From Candidatus Latescibacterota bacterium (GTDB lineage: Bacteria; Latescibacterota; UBA2968; UBA8231): a DNA stretch of 64,000 nucleotides. The stretch spans positions 1,216,001 through 1,280,000 of the forward strand of contig OZ241889.1 of assembly GCA_965203355.1 (NCBI GenBank), given 5' to 3'. The position numbers and the translations under genes are program-made. Under the pieces are notes generated by a model. That model made no database searches. It saw only the letters and a program-made list of their open reading frames with translations, and was not told the DNA's origin. Below are positions 11,101 through 18,587 of the stretch, piece after piece; position 1 is the first letter of the stretch; the number at the start of each line of letters is the position of its first letter.

Positions 11101-11233
11101 GATCGAGCGGTTTTTAGACGAGGGCTTGCCAACAGTTTATACACGAGAACTATTCGCGCAAAAGACAACGGCTGTGTTTGAGCACATATACGACGCGTAC
11201 TATGGCGCGGGGCGGAGTGTGTACGCAGCGTAG
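8186..11233 (+). CDS. hsdR: Type I R-M restriction subunit
   Basis: Nuclease motif DLVGFVNGLPLVLIELK, Walker A HTQGSGKS, DEAH box, TGTP, QTIARANR. Confidence 0.95.
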   Translation: MSGYSEDALVEQPAIKLLAELGWETARGRDLKRETSSDAMLTARLRPALKRLNPHLPPEAIEQAVAEITRDRAQMSMVEANRAIYYLLKNGVRTNVSAPADDGETVETVRVIDWNEPANNDFLLCTQFRIVGEMHARRADLVGFVNGLPLVLIELKAVHRRLETAYTDNLRDYKDTVPQLFWANALIILSNGSESRVGSITAEWEHFAEWKKVASESEEGRVSLETMLRGVCEPARLLDLVENFTLFQDVAGGTIKLTAKNHQYLGVNKALAALQGGRKLGVFWHTQGSGKSVSMMFFTQKVLRKVPGNWTFVLVTDRRELDGQIYKHFVASGVVTEGRAQANSSQHLRQLLTEDHRYVFTLIHKFRTEAGEAHSVLSERSDIIVITDEAHRSQYDTLALNMRTALPNAAFMAFTGTPLIAGEEKTRQVFGDYVSVYNFQQSVADGATVPLYYENRIPNLQLTNDDLNDDLARLLEEATLDDAQEKKLEHEFARQYHLITRDERLEAIAEDVVEHFVGRGFRGKAMMICIDKATAVRMYDKVQKHWKERSAVERIAWMEETDMAVVVSPGQNEMADLAAKGLDIRPHRQRMMAEDLETKFKDPGDPLRLVLVCAMWITGFDVPSCSTLYLDKPMRNHTLMQTIARANRVYPGKTHGLIVDYVGVFRHLERALAIYGAGNARDEPVRDKAALAAALQQVLTETSDLCRQQGVDLTAIQRAAEFARIRLLDQAVEAMVAPQAIKRRYLDLANRVGRLYKAVLPDPGAGELAAQVKPVQIIADKIRALVPSANIGLVMQPVEDILDDSIVAAGYSISKESKPYSTDLSQLDVEKLSEVFASLRIQTINERFRWNVERKLLRLVRLNPTRTDFKEKFQALIDAYNAGSLDAEEFLRQLVNFAQALSNEEQRGVSERLDEEELAVFDLLTKPQIDLSDAERKKVKATAQTLLATLKAEKLALDWRKRQQSRAEVRVAIERFLDEGLPTVYTRELFAQKTTAVFEHIYDAYYGAGRSVYAA
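11031..11062 (+). repeat. Direct repeat copy 2 (within hsdR)
   Basis: Matches 4193-4224 at 30/32 positions. Confidence 0.85.
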
Positions 11234-11235
11234 GC

Positions 11236-11315
11236 AGTGGCCAGTGGCCCGTGCCCCGTGACCCGTAGGATCGGAGAACTGACCACCGACCACTGACCAC
11301 TGACCACTGACCACT
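11236..11315. repeat. Intergenic heptamer repeat element (AGTGGCC arm / GACCACT arm)
   Basis: CAGTGGCCAGTGGCC ... (GACCACT) about 5 copies; arms are mutually inverted. Confidence 0.8.
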
Positions 11316-11329
11316 AAGAAAGGAATGCT

Positions 11330-12514
11330 ATGTTTCAGCAGTTAGAAATGGCGCCGGCCGACCCTATCATGGGGTTGAGCGCGGCGTTTAAGAGCGACGC
11401 GAATCCAAACAAGATCAACCTGAGTGTTGGCGTCTATCAGGATGCGCGCGGCCAGACGCCGGTTTTGGCGGCGGTGCAAACGGCGCAAGAGCGCGTGTTG
11501 GCCGCGGAAAAAACCAAGAGCTATTTGAGCATTGAGGGCAGCGCAGAGTACGGCGCGGCCGTGCGGGCGCTCATGTTGGGCGTCGGACACGAGGCCGCCC
11601 AACGCGCCGTCACCGTGCAAAGCCCCGGCGGCACTGGAGCCTTGCGTCTAGCCGGTGATTTTCTCGCCCAGAACTTGGGCGGCCGGCCCGTGTGGATCAG
11701 CGAGCCGACTTGGGCCAATCATCCCAAAATTTTTGCCGCGGCCGGCCTACCGGTCGAGACCTACCCCTATTTCGATGGCGGTGCCAACAGCGTGGACGCG
11801 GATGCCTTGCTCGCCGCACTCGGGCAAATCCCTTCCGGCCACGTGGTGCTGCTGCACGGCTGTTGCCACAATCCCACCGGCTGCGACCCCACCCCGGACA
11901 CTTGGCGGCAGATTGCTAAGGTCGTTGCCGAGCGCGGCCTGCTGCCCTTAGTCGATTTTGCCTATCAGGGGCTCGGCGATGGGTTGCAAGAGGATGCAAC
12001 GGGTCTGCGGGCGATCTGCGACGCGGGCTGCGAGCTGCTCGTGGCCAGTTCCTTTTCCAAGAATTTCGGCCTGTACAACGAGCGCGTCGGCGCCCTGACT
12101 TTGATCGCCGCGGACGCCCATGCCGCGGAAAGGGCCTTGAGCCAACTCAAAGTCGCCGCCCGGACTAGTTACTCCAATCCCCCGGCCCACGGGGCGGCCA
12201 TAGTCTGTGAAATCCTCGGCGATGCGGTGCTGCGCCGCCAATGGGAGGGCGAATTGGCGCAGATGCGCGAGCGGATCAATCGCGTGCGCCAACGGCTCGT
12301 CGCGCGGCTCAGCGAGCAAGGCGTGGAGCGCGACTTTTCGTTTGTCGAGCGGCAGCGGGGGATGTTCTCTTTTTCGGGCTTGAATGCCGAGCAGGTCGAG
12401 GTGCTGCGGGAGCGGTACGCGATCTACATCGTAGCCGGAGGGCGCATCAACGTCGCTGGCCTGACCGAGGACAACCTCGATTACTTCTGCGCCTCGGTGG
12501 CCGCGGTTTTGTAG
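11330..12514 (+). CDS. aspC: Aspartate/aromatic amino acid aminotransferase
   Basis: HGCCHNPTG, DFAYQG, SFSKNFGLYNERVG PLP-lysine motif. Confidence 0.9.
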   Translation: MFQQLEMAPADPIMGLSAAFKSDANPNKINLSVGVYQDARGQTPVLAAVQTAQERVLAAEKTKSYLSIEGSAEYGAAVRALMLGVGHEAAQRAVTVQSPGGTGALRLAGDFLAQNLGGRPVWISEPTWANHPKIFAAAGLPVETYPYFDGGANSVDADALLAALGQIPSGHVVLLHGCCHNPTGCDPTPDTWRQIAKVVAERGLLPLVDFAYQGLGDGLQEDATGLRAICDAGCELLVASSFSKNFGLYNERVGALTLIAADAHAAERALSQLKVAARTSYSNPPAHGAAIVCEILGDAVLRRQWEGELAQMRERINRVRQRLVARLSEQGVERDFSFVERQRGMFSFSGLNAEQVEVLRERYAIYIVAGGRINVAGLTEDNLDYFCASVAAVL

Positions 12515-12517
12515 GAG

Positions 12518-15280
12518 CTACGGGATGGAAAAACTGAGGGCGCGTACCAGCACCGGGGTGCCGGTGAGGATTGCCGCTTGGCTCGACAGGGTGTTGCCGT
12601 CTTCGTACACGATGGTCTCTGGCCGGCCTAGGGCCAGGTCCTCGTCGCCGCGCAAAACTTCGATGGGGTCGGGGTGCTGGAGAAATTCGATCAGGGCCTT
12701 GTCGAGCTGTTCTAGCCCGGCGAAGCGGTTGAGCTGGCCATCGCGGACTAGCGCGGCGAATTGCTCGTAGAACGGCTCGGCATTCTCGGCCAGTAGCCGC
12801 GGCCCGGTGAGAAAGTACAAGGTATAGACTTGATCGAGCTCGTTGAAGGTGATCCACTCGTTCTCGCCGGGGGCGTATTGGACGATGCCCGAATAGACGA
12901 ATTGTTCGTCAAACAAGGTCTCGCGCGCGCCGGTAGAACTACACAGAAAGGCGTGGACTTCGGCGTCGCGGCTTAGCTTGAAGCGCAGCTGTAGCTGGTC
13001 GCCTTGCTGCAACTGTGCGCCCTCGGTTAGCTCGACAGCTTGGGCGACGCCTCCTTCTTCGCGCTTGGCAATCAGGTGTAGTTCCACTTCGATTGGCCCA
13101 TCGCTCGCACGGGTTCCAAGCTGGTGCGCGGTCAGTTCTTGGCGCACGTCTCGCGCCCAGATGCGGGTGGTGCGAGTTGCCACGAGCTGGCCGCTGGCTC
13201 GCTCGACTAAAAACATCCGCACGTACATCCACGGGGCGTCTGCCTGGAGCCGCCCACCCAACGCGAGCGCGGCATGCCCCCCTGGCTTTAGGTCCACGAA
13301 TTTCTCGCCGCGCCAGCGTCGCCCGGTCGTATCGATCAGCCCCACCGCGACCTCGGCTCTCATCAGCGCGGACAGCACGTAGTTGTCGAGCACCTTGGTT
13401 TCCTCGGTCTGCACGCCAGCGGGGTCGCGCAAGCCCAGCCAGTCGATCTCGCCTTCCCGGACCGCGACGATTTCCACGAGGTCTTGGACCGCACGCGCTA
13501 GTTGAAGGCTTTGGTCCGGCGCGCCGATAAAAGGCATGCAGCCGCCAAGCGAGAGGGCGAGGGCGATCACCAGCCCCTGCTCCAGCCGCCGCAAAACGGG
13601 CAACAGCCTATCCTCGGCCACGCGCTCCCAACTCATCTTTTGGGCTGCGGCGTAGCCTTCGGCCCGCCGTTTTTTGCGGCCGGTCGCGCCGGCGGACAAC
13701 TCGCTGGCCAAGGTGCTGGCTACCGCCTGACTTTGCCATGCTTCGGCCTGTGTGCGTTCGCGCCCTCCAATCGGTTGGTCGGCGCGGTCGGCCGCGTCGA
13801 GTTGGGTATAGGCCCCTTCGATAAAGCCGTCCAATCCGGCCTCGCCGGCTGCTTGGCGGACAAAGCCGCGGCAGCCGCATACATCGCTGACCACGCTGAT
13901 GGTGCCAGCGCTCAAGCACTCGACTTGAGCAATGCCGAAAGGCTCGTAGATCGACTGCCCGAACTCGGCGTCGCTACCGCGGCGCAAGTCGGCGAACTCG
14001 GCGTTGGCCGGCAGGAACGCGCAGCTTTGCTGATCCCAGCCGAATTGATTGACGAAAAGGGCTTTGACGGCGCGCGTACGCGCGTTAAAGGCGCGGACTA
14101 AAAGGTCGAATTTTAGCTCGCCGCTGCTGAGATCGCTTCCCCCCTCGCGGTGGACCAGCGGCCAACCGTACGCGGCCATGCGCTGGACGTCCTCGGGATC
14201 GCGGCGACCGGTTTCGGTAGCCAACGCGATAAGCAAGGCCCGTTGGCCGCGTTCCCAGAGGAAGGGGTCGAGGTGTTCGAGCACCAGCAAATCGCGCCAC
14301 AAGCCCTTGCTCTCGACTAGGCGGGCGACGTGCGTGAAGATCAGGTCCGGGGTCCAACCCAAGAGCGCGGCTCCGCTGGCTTGGACCTTTTTGCGCGCTT
14401 CCTCGCGCTCGGCTGTGGACAACTCGGCGGCTGGCACTCCGTTGTACACGAGGTCGATGGGACAAGCGGCGAATTCCGGCCCGAGAAAGCGCAACTCCTC
14501 CACGACCCAATCGCCGACCGCGAGGACCGCGTCGAGACGCCAGGCTTGGCTGACGAGCGCGTGTTTGAAATAGCCGTCTTGCGGGCCGAATAGATCGGCT
14601 AGGTACTGGTCGTTTGCCCGCGCTTGGCGCAGCGCATTGTAAAAGGCAATGTCGCGTCCGGGGTGTTCCTCCACTAAGGGCCGCACGGTGGCCACTTCGT
14701 GCGCGTAGAATAGGGTCTTGCACGCCGCATCGCTCAGCATGGCTCTGAAGGCGGTTCCCAACCCCATGAATTCATGCGCCAACAGCAGGAAGGGCGCGTC
14801 TCCAACTAGGGAACGCACCGCCGCGAAACCCGGCTCGGCTAGGCGCAGGTATTGCTCGTATTCCCAGTGGTGTTCGTAGCGGTGTGATTCGAGGCCAAAC
14901 TGGAGGAATAGGTCGCGTTTGAATTGGTTTAGCCGCTCGGGCGGGTGGCTCACGTCCACTAGCAGAACCTCGGGTGCCGCTTGGCGTCCGCCTTGGGTCA
15001 GCAAGCGCCGCCCATAGACCAGCCGTACGCCAAACTCCCGCTCGACCGCGCTGAGCCGGTCGGCGACATCGGCGGCGCGGATGCTGCGGCTCGCATCGTA
15101 GAGTATCTCGCCATCTGGGCCGAGCGGTTGGGCACTGGCGGGGTCGGTTAAGGGGCCGAGTAGGATGGTGCGCTGACAATGGCGTTGGTAGCTGCGGGCG
15201 GTGATTAGGCCGCGCAGAACCGCGCCGATGCCACCGGCTTGCTGCACGGCTTCGTGCGTGACGTGGACGAGCGTGGCCAT
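12518..15280 (-). CDS. GT3 glycogen-synthase-like glycosyltransferase fused in frame to a lipoprotein with a DUF4384-like domain
   Basis: HEAVQQAGGIG (cf. EVANRVGGI) and EPFGIAQVE (Ex7E) in the first ~560 aa; then hydrophobic stretch plus lipobox LALSLGGC; C-terminal LQQGDQLQLRFKLSRDAEVHAF. Confidence 0.65.
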   Translation of the reverse strand: MATLVHVTHEAVQQAGGIGAVLRGLITARSYQRHCQRTILLGPLTDPASAQPLGPDGEILYDASRSIRAADVADRLSAVEREFGVRLVYGRRLLTQGGRQAAPEVLLVDVSHPPERLNQFKRDLFLQFGLESHRYEHHWEYEQYLRLAEPGFAAVRSLVGDAPFLLLAHEFMGLGTAFRAMLSDAACKTLFYAHEVATVRPLVEEHPGRDIAFYNALRQARANDQYLADLFGPQDGYFKHALVSQAWRLDAVLAVGDWVVEELRFLGPEFAACPIDLVYNGVPAAELSTAEREEARKKVQASGAALLGWTPDLIFTHVARLVESKGLWRDLLVLEHLDPFLWERGQRALLIALATETGRRDPEDVQRMAAYGWPLVHREGGSDLSSGELKFDLLVRAFNARTRAVKALFVNQFGWDQQSCAFLPANAEFADLRRGSDAEFGQSIYEPFGIAQVECLSAGTISVVSDVCGCRGFVRQAAGEAGLDGFIEGAYTQLDAADRADQPIGGRERTQAEAWQSQAVASTLASELSAGATGRKKRRAEGYAAAQKMSWERVAEDRLLPVLRRLEQGLVIALALSLGGCMPFIGAPDQSLQLARAVQDLVEIVAVREGEIDWLGLRDPAGVQTEETKVLDNYVLSALMRAEVAVGLIDTTGRRWRGEKFVDLKPGGHAALALGGRLQADAPWMYVRMFLVERASGQLVATRTTRIWARDVRQELTAHQLGTRASDGPIEVELHLIAKREEGGVAQAVELTEGAQLQQGDQLQLRFKLSRDAEVHAFLCSSTGARETLFDEQFVYSGIVQYAPGENEWITFNELDQVYTLYFLTGPRLLAENAEPFYEQFAALVRDGQLNRFAGLEQLDKALIEFLQHPDPIEVLRGDEDLALGRPETIVYEDGNTLSSQAAILTGTPVLVRALSFSIP

Positions 15281-15388
15281 GCAAAAAAACATAGATCGCC
15301 GGGCATTTTCTGTCTAATGTCAGCGGCGTGATTGGACTTTGCGTACATTTGTCGTGCAGCGTAAATCAGCAACTTTTTTGGGAGAAAA

Positions 15389-16255
15389 ATGGCTACAGAT
15401 CACGCCGCTCCACCGCCCGCCGCCTATGACCCGCTCATTGACCTAGCCCTGCGGGAAGATCTCGGTACTGTAGATGTAGAAGCCGACCGGACCGCTGCCT
15501 GGACTGTGGCGCGCGATGCCCAGGCACGCGCACGCATCATCGCGCGCCAAGCCGGCGTCGTCGCTGGCATGGCGGTCGCCCGTGCGGTTTTCGCGCGTCT
15601 CGACCGGAGCATTGCCGTGTGCGCTGAAGTGGCCGACGGGGATGGGGTCGCCGAGGGACAGACTCTCGTCCGCTTACAGGGCCGTGCGCGCGCACTCTTG
15701 GCCGGGGAGCGCACCGCGCTCAATTTCCTGCAACAGCTTTCGGGCGTGGCCACGCTGACTCATCGCTATGTGGAGGCTCTAAGCGGCACGGCCACGCGCA
15801 TCACCGACACGCGCAAAACCACGCCGGGCTGGCGGCACTTGCAGAAGTGGGCTGTGCGCTTGGGCGGCGGCGTCAATCACCGCATGGGGCTGTACGACGC
15901 CGTGCTGATCAAGGAAAACCACGCTGCGGCCGCGGGTGGCGTTGGCGCGGCCATCCGCGCGGCGCGGGCCCAAGCAGCGCCGATTTACGTGGAAGCCGAA
16001 AATCTCGCGGAGGTCGCCGAGGCCCTAACGGGCGGCCCGGACCGCATCCTACTCGACAACATGGACGCGCCGACTCTGCACCGGGCCGTAGCACTCATTC
16101 GCGCTGACAATCCCGCCGTTGAGATTGAGGCCACGGGCGGTTATACCTTGGCGACCGTGCGGGCGGTCGCGGCCGCGGGTGTGGACTTTGTTTCGATTGG
16201 CGCTCTGACGCATTCGGCACCGGCGTTGGACTTGAGTATGCTTTTTGAGGGGTAG
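15389..16255 (+). CDS. nadC: Nicotinate-nucleotide pyrophosphorylase (carboxylating)
   Basis: ERTALNFLQQLSGVAT, DTRKTTPG, HRMGLYDAVLIKENH, LLDNM. Confidence 0.96.
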   Translation: MATDHAAPPPAAYDPLIDLALREDLGTVDVEADRTAAWTVARDAQARARIIARQAGVVAGMAVARAVFARLDRSIAVCAEVADGDGVAEGQTLVRLQGRARALLAGERTALNFLQQLSGVATLTHRYVEALSGTATRITDTRKTTPGWRHLQKWAVRLGGGVNHRMGLYDAVLIKENHAAAAGGVGAAIRAARAQAAPIYVEAENLAEVAEALTGGPDRILLDNMDAPTLHRAVALIRADNPAVEIEATGGYTLATVRAVAAAGVDFVSIGALTHSAPALDLSMLFEG

Positions 16256-16259
16256 GGGA

Positions 16260-16410
16260 TAGTGGTCAGTGGCCGGTGGCCGGTGGCCTGTCCCGTCCCT
16301 TGATAGTGGCCGGTGGTCAGTCCCCTGACAGGGCGAGGAAACTGCTTCCTGCTTCCTGCTTCCTGACTACTGACCACTGACTACTGCTTCCTGATCACTG
16401 ACCACTGACA
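16260..16410. repeat. Intergenic heptamer repeat element between convergent genes
   Basis: AGTGGTC/GGTGGCC arm, core GTCCCGTCCCTTGATAG, (CTGCTTC)x3, ACTGACC arm. Confidence 0.8.
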
Positions 16411-16863
16411 ATAGGGATTGCGCACGAGATTGGCGTTGTAATAGCGCGGATCGCCCGATACTTCGACGCCCGCCCAGGGCGGCTTCGCCACAACCTCGTC
16501 CCGGCTGCTCAGTTCGACTTCGGCGAGTACCAATCCTTCGTTTTCGCCAGAAAACACGTCGATGGTCCAGACCTTGCCCGCCCAAGTCAGAGTGTAGCGC
16601 GTCTTTTCGATGAGGGGCCGTTGGCACAGGGTTGCTAGGATGCCCTCGGCGTCTTGGCGCGGGATTTCGCATTCGTACTCGCGGCGGGCGATGCCGCTGG
16701 TCGCCCCTTTGAGCGTGAGCACCGCCCGCTCGCCCTCGATCCGCACTCGCACCACTCCGCCGTCTTGGGTGGGAATGTAGCCCTGCCGCAAGGCGACGCC
16801 CACTCGCTGGTCGAGGCAAGAGCGGTCGGCGACGAGGTACTTGCGCTCGATTTCCCAAGACAT
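16381..16863 (-). CDS. CYTH-domain protein (triphosphate tunnel metalloenzyme)
   Basis: EIERKYLV, RVRI, EYE, KTRY, AEVEL. Confidence 0.92.
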   Translation of the reverse strand: MSWEIERKYLVADRSCLDQRVGVALRQGYIPTQDGGVVRVRIEGERAVLTLKGATSGIARREYECEIPRQDAEGILATLCQRPLIEKTRYTLTWAGKVWTIDVFSGENEGLVLAEVELSSRDEVVAKPPWAGVEVSGDPRYYNANLVRNPYCQWSVIRKQ

Positions 16864-16916
16864 CGGTCAGGCGACCGCGGTGCGGTTGAAATTCGTCCGA
16901 CAAACTACCGATAGGA

Positions 16917-17246
16917 TCATGGCGTTTGCTCCTCTAGGTGCTCAGCCAATCCACGAGCCAAATCGCCGCGCAAAACGCCAATCACGTGGGCGTCCGTGCG
17001 GCCAAAGCCCTGCGTCAACAGTTCCATGGTCTGTACTTGAAAGACGCGCGTACCGCCGCGCTCCAAGCGCGCGAGCTCGCGCAATGTCCGCTGTGCGAGC
17101 GCGCTGCTGGCAAAGACAAAGGCCAGCCCCTTGGCGCGGCGCACGGCAGACAGGCCGACGACCGTGGTGCCGGAGCGGCAACCGATTCCCAAGAGCGCGG
17201 ACAGTGGCGCCGAGGGGCGGAGACGAGGCAGTGCTCGCTCAGACAA
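16917..17246 (-). CDS. L7Ae/L30e/S12e/Gadd45-family RNA-binding protein (YlxQ-like)
   Basis: ALLGIGCRSGTTVVGLSAV...LTQGFGRTDAHVIGV..DLARGL pattern. Confidence 0.7.
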   Translation of the reverse strand: MSERALPRLRPSAPLSALLGIGCRSGTTVVGLSAVRRAKGLAFVFASSALAQRTLRELARLERGGTRVFQVQTMELLTQGFGRTDAHVIGVLRGDLARGLAEHLEEQTP

Positions 17247-18258
17247 AGGCTGGCGCGATGGGCACTGATCCGCGTGTGGCCGAAATGTTGGCGGCTTCGA
17301 GGACGCCGATGACCCGGCCCGCGGATTCAGGGGTGATGACGAGGTCGGCGCGGCCCCGCAAGTGCGCGAAAATGTTTTCGTAGTACGCGTCCCAGTTGGA
17401 CTCGGCGAAGGGCACCTCAGTGCTCATCTGGCGGCCGTTGAACAGGGTTTTGACGAGAAACTTGCCGTCCACGTCCTCGATCGCGCCCTGTGTGCCCAGC
17501 ACCCGCCAGCGCGGCCGCGGACTCATCGACAGGTTGGACATGGTCAGGGTGACGGTGCAGCCGCTGTGGAAGCGCAGCGTGTACTCGGAGTGATCTTCGT
17601 TGTCGTATTTTTTCCACGCGGGATTTTTGACTTGATAGCCGCTGACCGAGATGATTTTTTCCGGGACGATATTCAAAATCCAATCCGTAAAGTGCGCGCC
17701 CCAGTCGTAGATGGCCCCACCGGAGATTTTGCGATTGGAGCGCCACCAAGTTCCCTGCTGGCCGTAGCCGTAAAATCCGGTTTCGATGCGGAAGACGCGG
17801 CCGATGATTTGCTCTTTGAGAATTAGGTCGCGCAGCACCACAAAATCGCCGTCCCAGCGCCGGTTGTGAAACGTCGAGATCAGGACCTTGTTCTTTTTGG
17901 CGGCCGCCTGCATGCGCTTGACTTCGGCGCTGGTGATGGCAAGGGGTTTCTCGCAGACTACGTGGACTCCCGCGTCGAGGCACTGCACTGCGAGCTTGGC
18001 GTGCGTGTTGTGCGGGGTGATGATCGTCACCAAGTCCAAGTTCGCGTTGCGCAGCATGGCGCCGACGCGGCCATAGGTTTTGATGCCGGGGAAGTCCTCT
18101 TGGGCTACTTGACGCCGCTCGGCATCCAGTTCGCAAACAGCGGCGACTGCTACGCCTTCGTTTTGGGCCATGGAAGTCAAGTGCAACCGACCCATGTTGA
18201 ACGCGCCGCCGTATCCTATGACACCGACGCGAAAGTGTTCTTGTTTTTTTGCTGGCAC
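17239..18258 (-). CDS. Gfo/Idh/MocA-family oxidoreductase
   Basis: GVIGYGG, VCEKPLA, HNRRWD, GGAIYDWGAH. Confidence 0.92.
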   Translation of the reverse strand: MPAKKQEHFRVGVIGYGGAFNMGRLHLTSMAQNEGVAVAAVCELDAERRQVAQEDFPGIKTYGRVGAMLRNANLDLVTIITPHNTHAKLAVQCLDAGVHVVCEKPLAITSAEVKRMQAAAKKNKVLISTFHNRRWDGDFVVLRDLILKEQIIGRVFRIETGFYGYGQQGTWWRSNRKISGGAIYDWGAHFTDWILNIVPEKIISVSGYQVKNPAWKKYDNEDHSEYTLRFHSGCTVTLTMSNLSMSPRPRWRVLGTQGAIEDVDGKFLVKTLFNGRQMSTEVPFAESNWDAYYENIFAHLRGRADLVITPESAGRVIGVLEAANISATRGSVPIAPAFV

Positions 18259-18274
18259 TGCGTGCTCCTCTGTT

Positions 18275-18480
18275 AGTGGTTAGTGGTCAGTGGTCAGTGG
18301 TCAGTGGTCAGTGGTCAGTGGTCAGTGGTCAGTGGTCAGTGGTCAGTGGTCAGTGGTCAGTTTTCCCGCTCTATCAGGGGCCGGGTCGGGACAGGTCACT
18401 GGTCACCGTCCACTGACTACTATCAGGGACGGGTCGGGACGGGTCACCGGTCACCGGCCACCGGCCACTAACCACTAACA
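18275..18480. repeat. Tandem (AGTGGTC)x11 plus 1 variant, two ~49-bp-spaced core repeats and an inverted heptamer arm
   Basis: Perfect array 18282-18358; CTATCAGGG..CGGGTCGGGAC.GGTCAC.GGTCACC at 18371 and 18420; ACCACTA arm at the end. Confidence 0.9.
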
Positions 18481-18587
18481 AATGCCGCTGGGCGCGTCAA
18501 TGCGGGGGTTTGTCTGCGTCATAGGCTATTACTATGTTGAACGGAACGAAGTCGTCCCCGCCACAGTTAAAACCCTGCCTACGACAG

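Noticed and set aside
18275-18480. Possible CRISPR array, or the short MVSGQWS-repeat ORFs
   Set aside because: Pure 7-bp tandem units with no unique spacers and no cas genes; the ORFs are translations of the repeat
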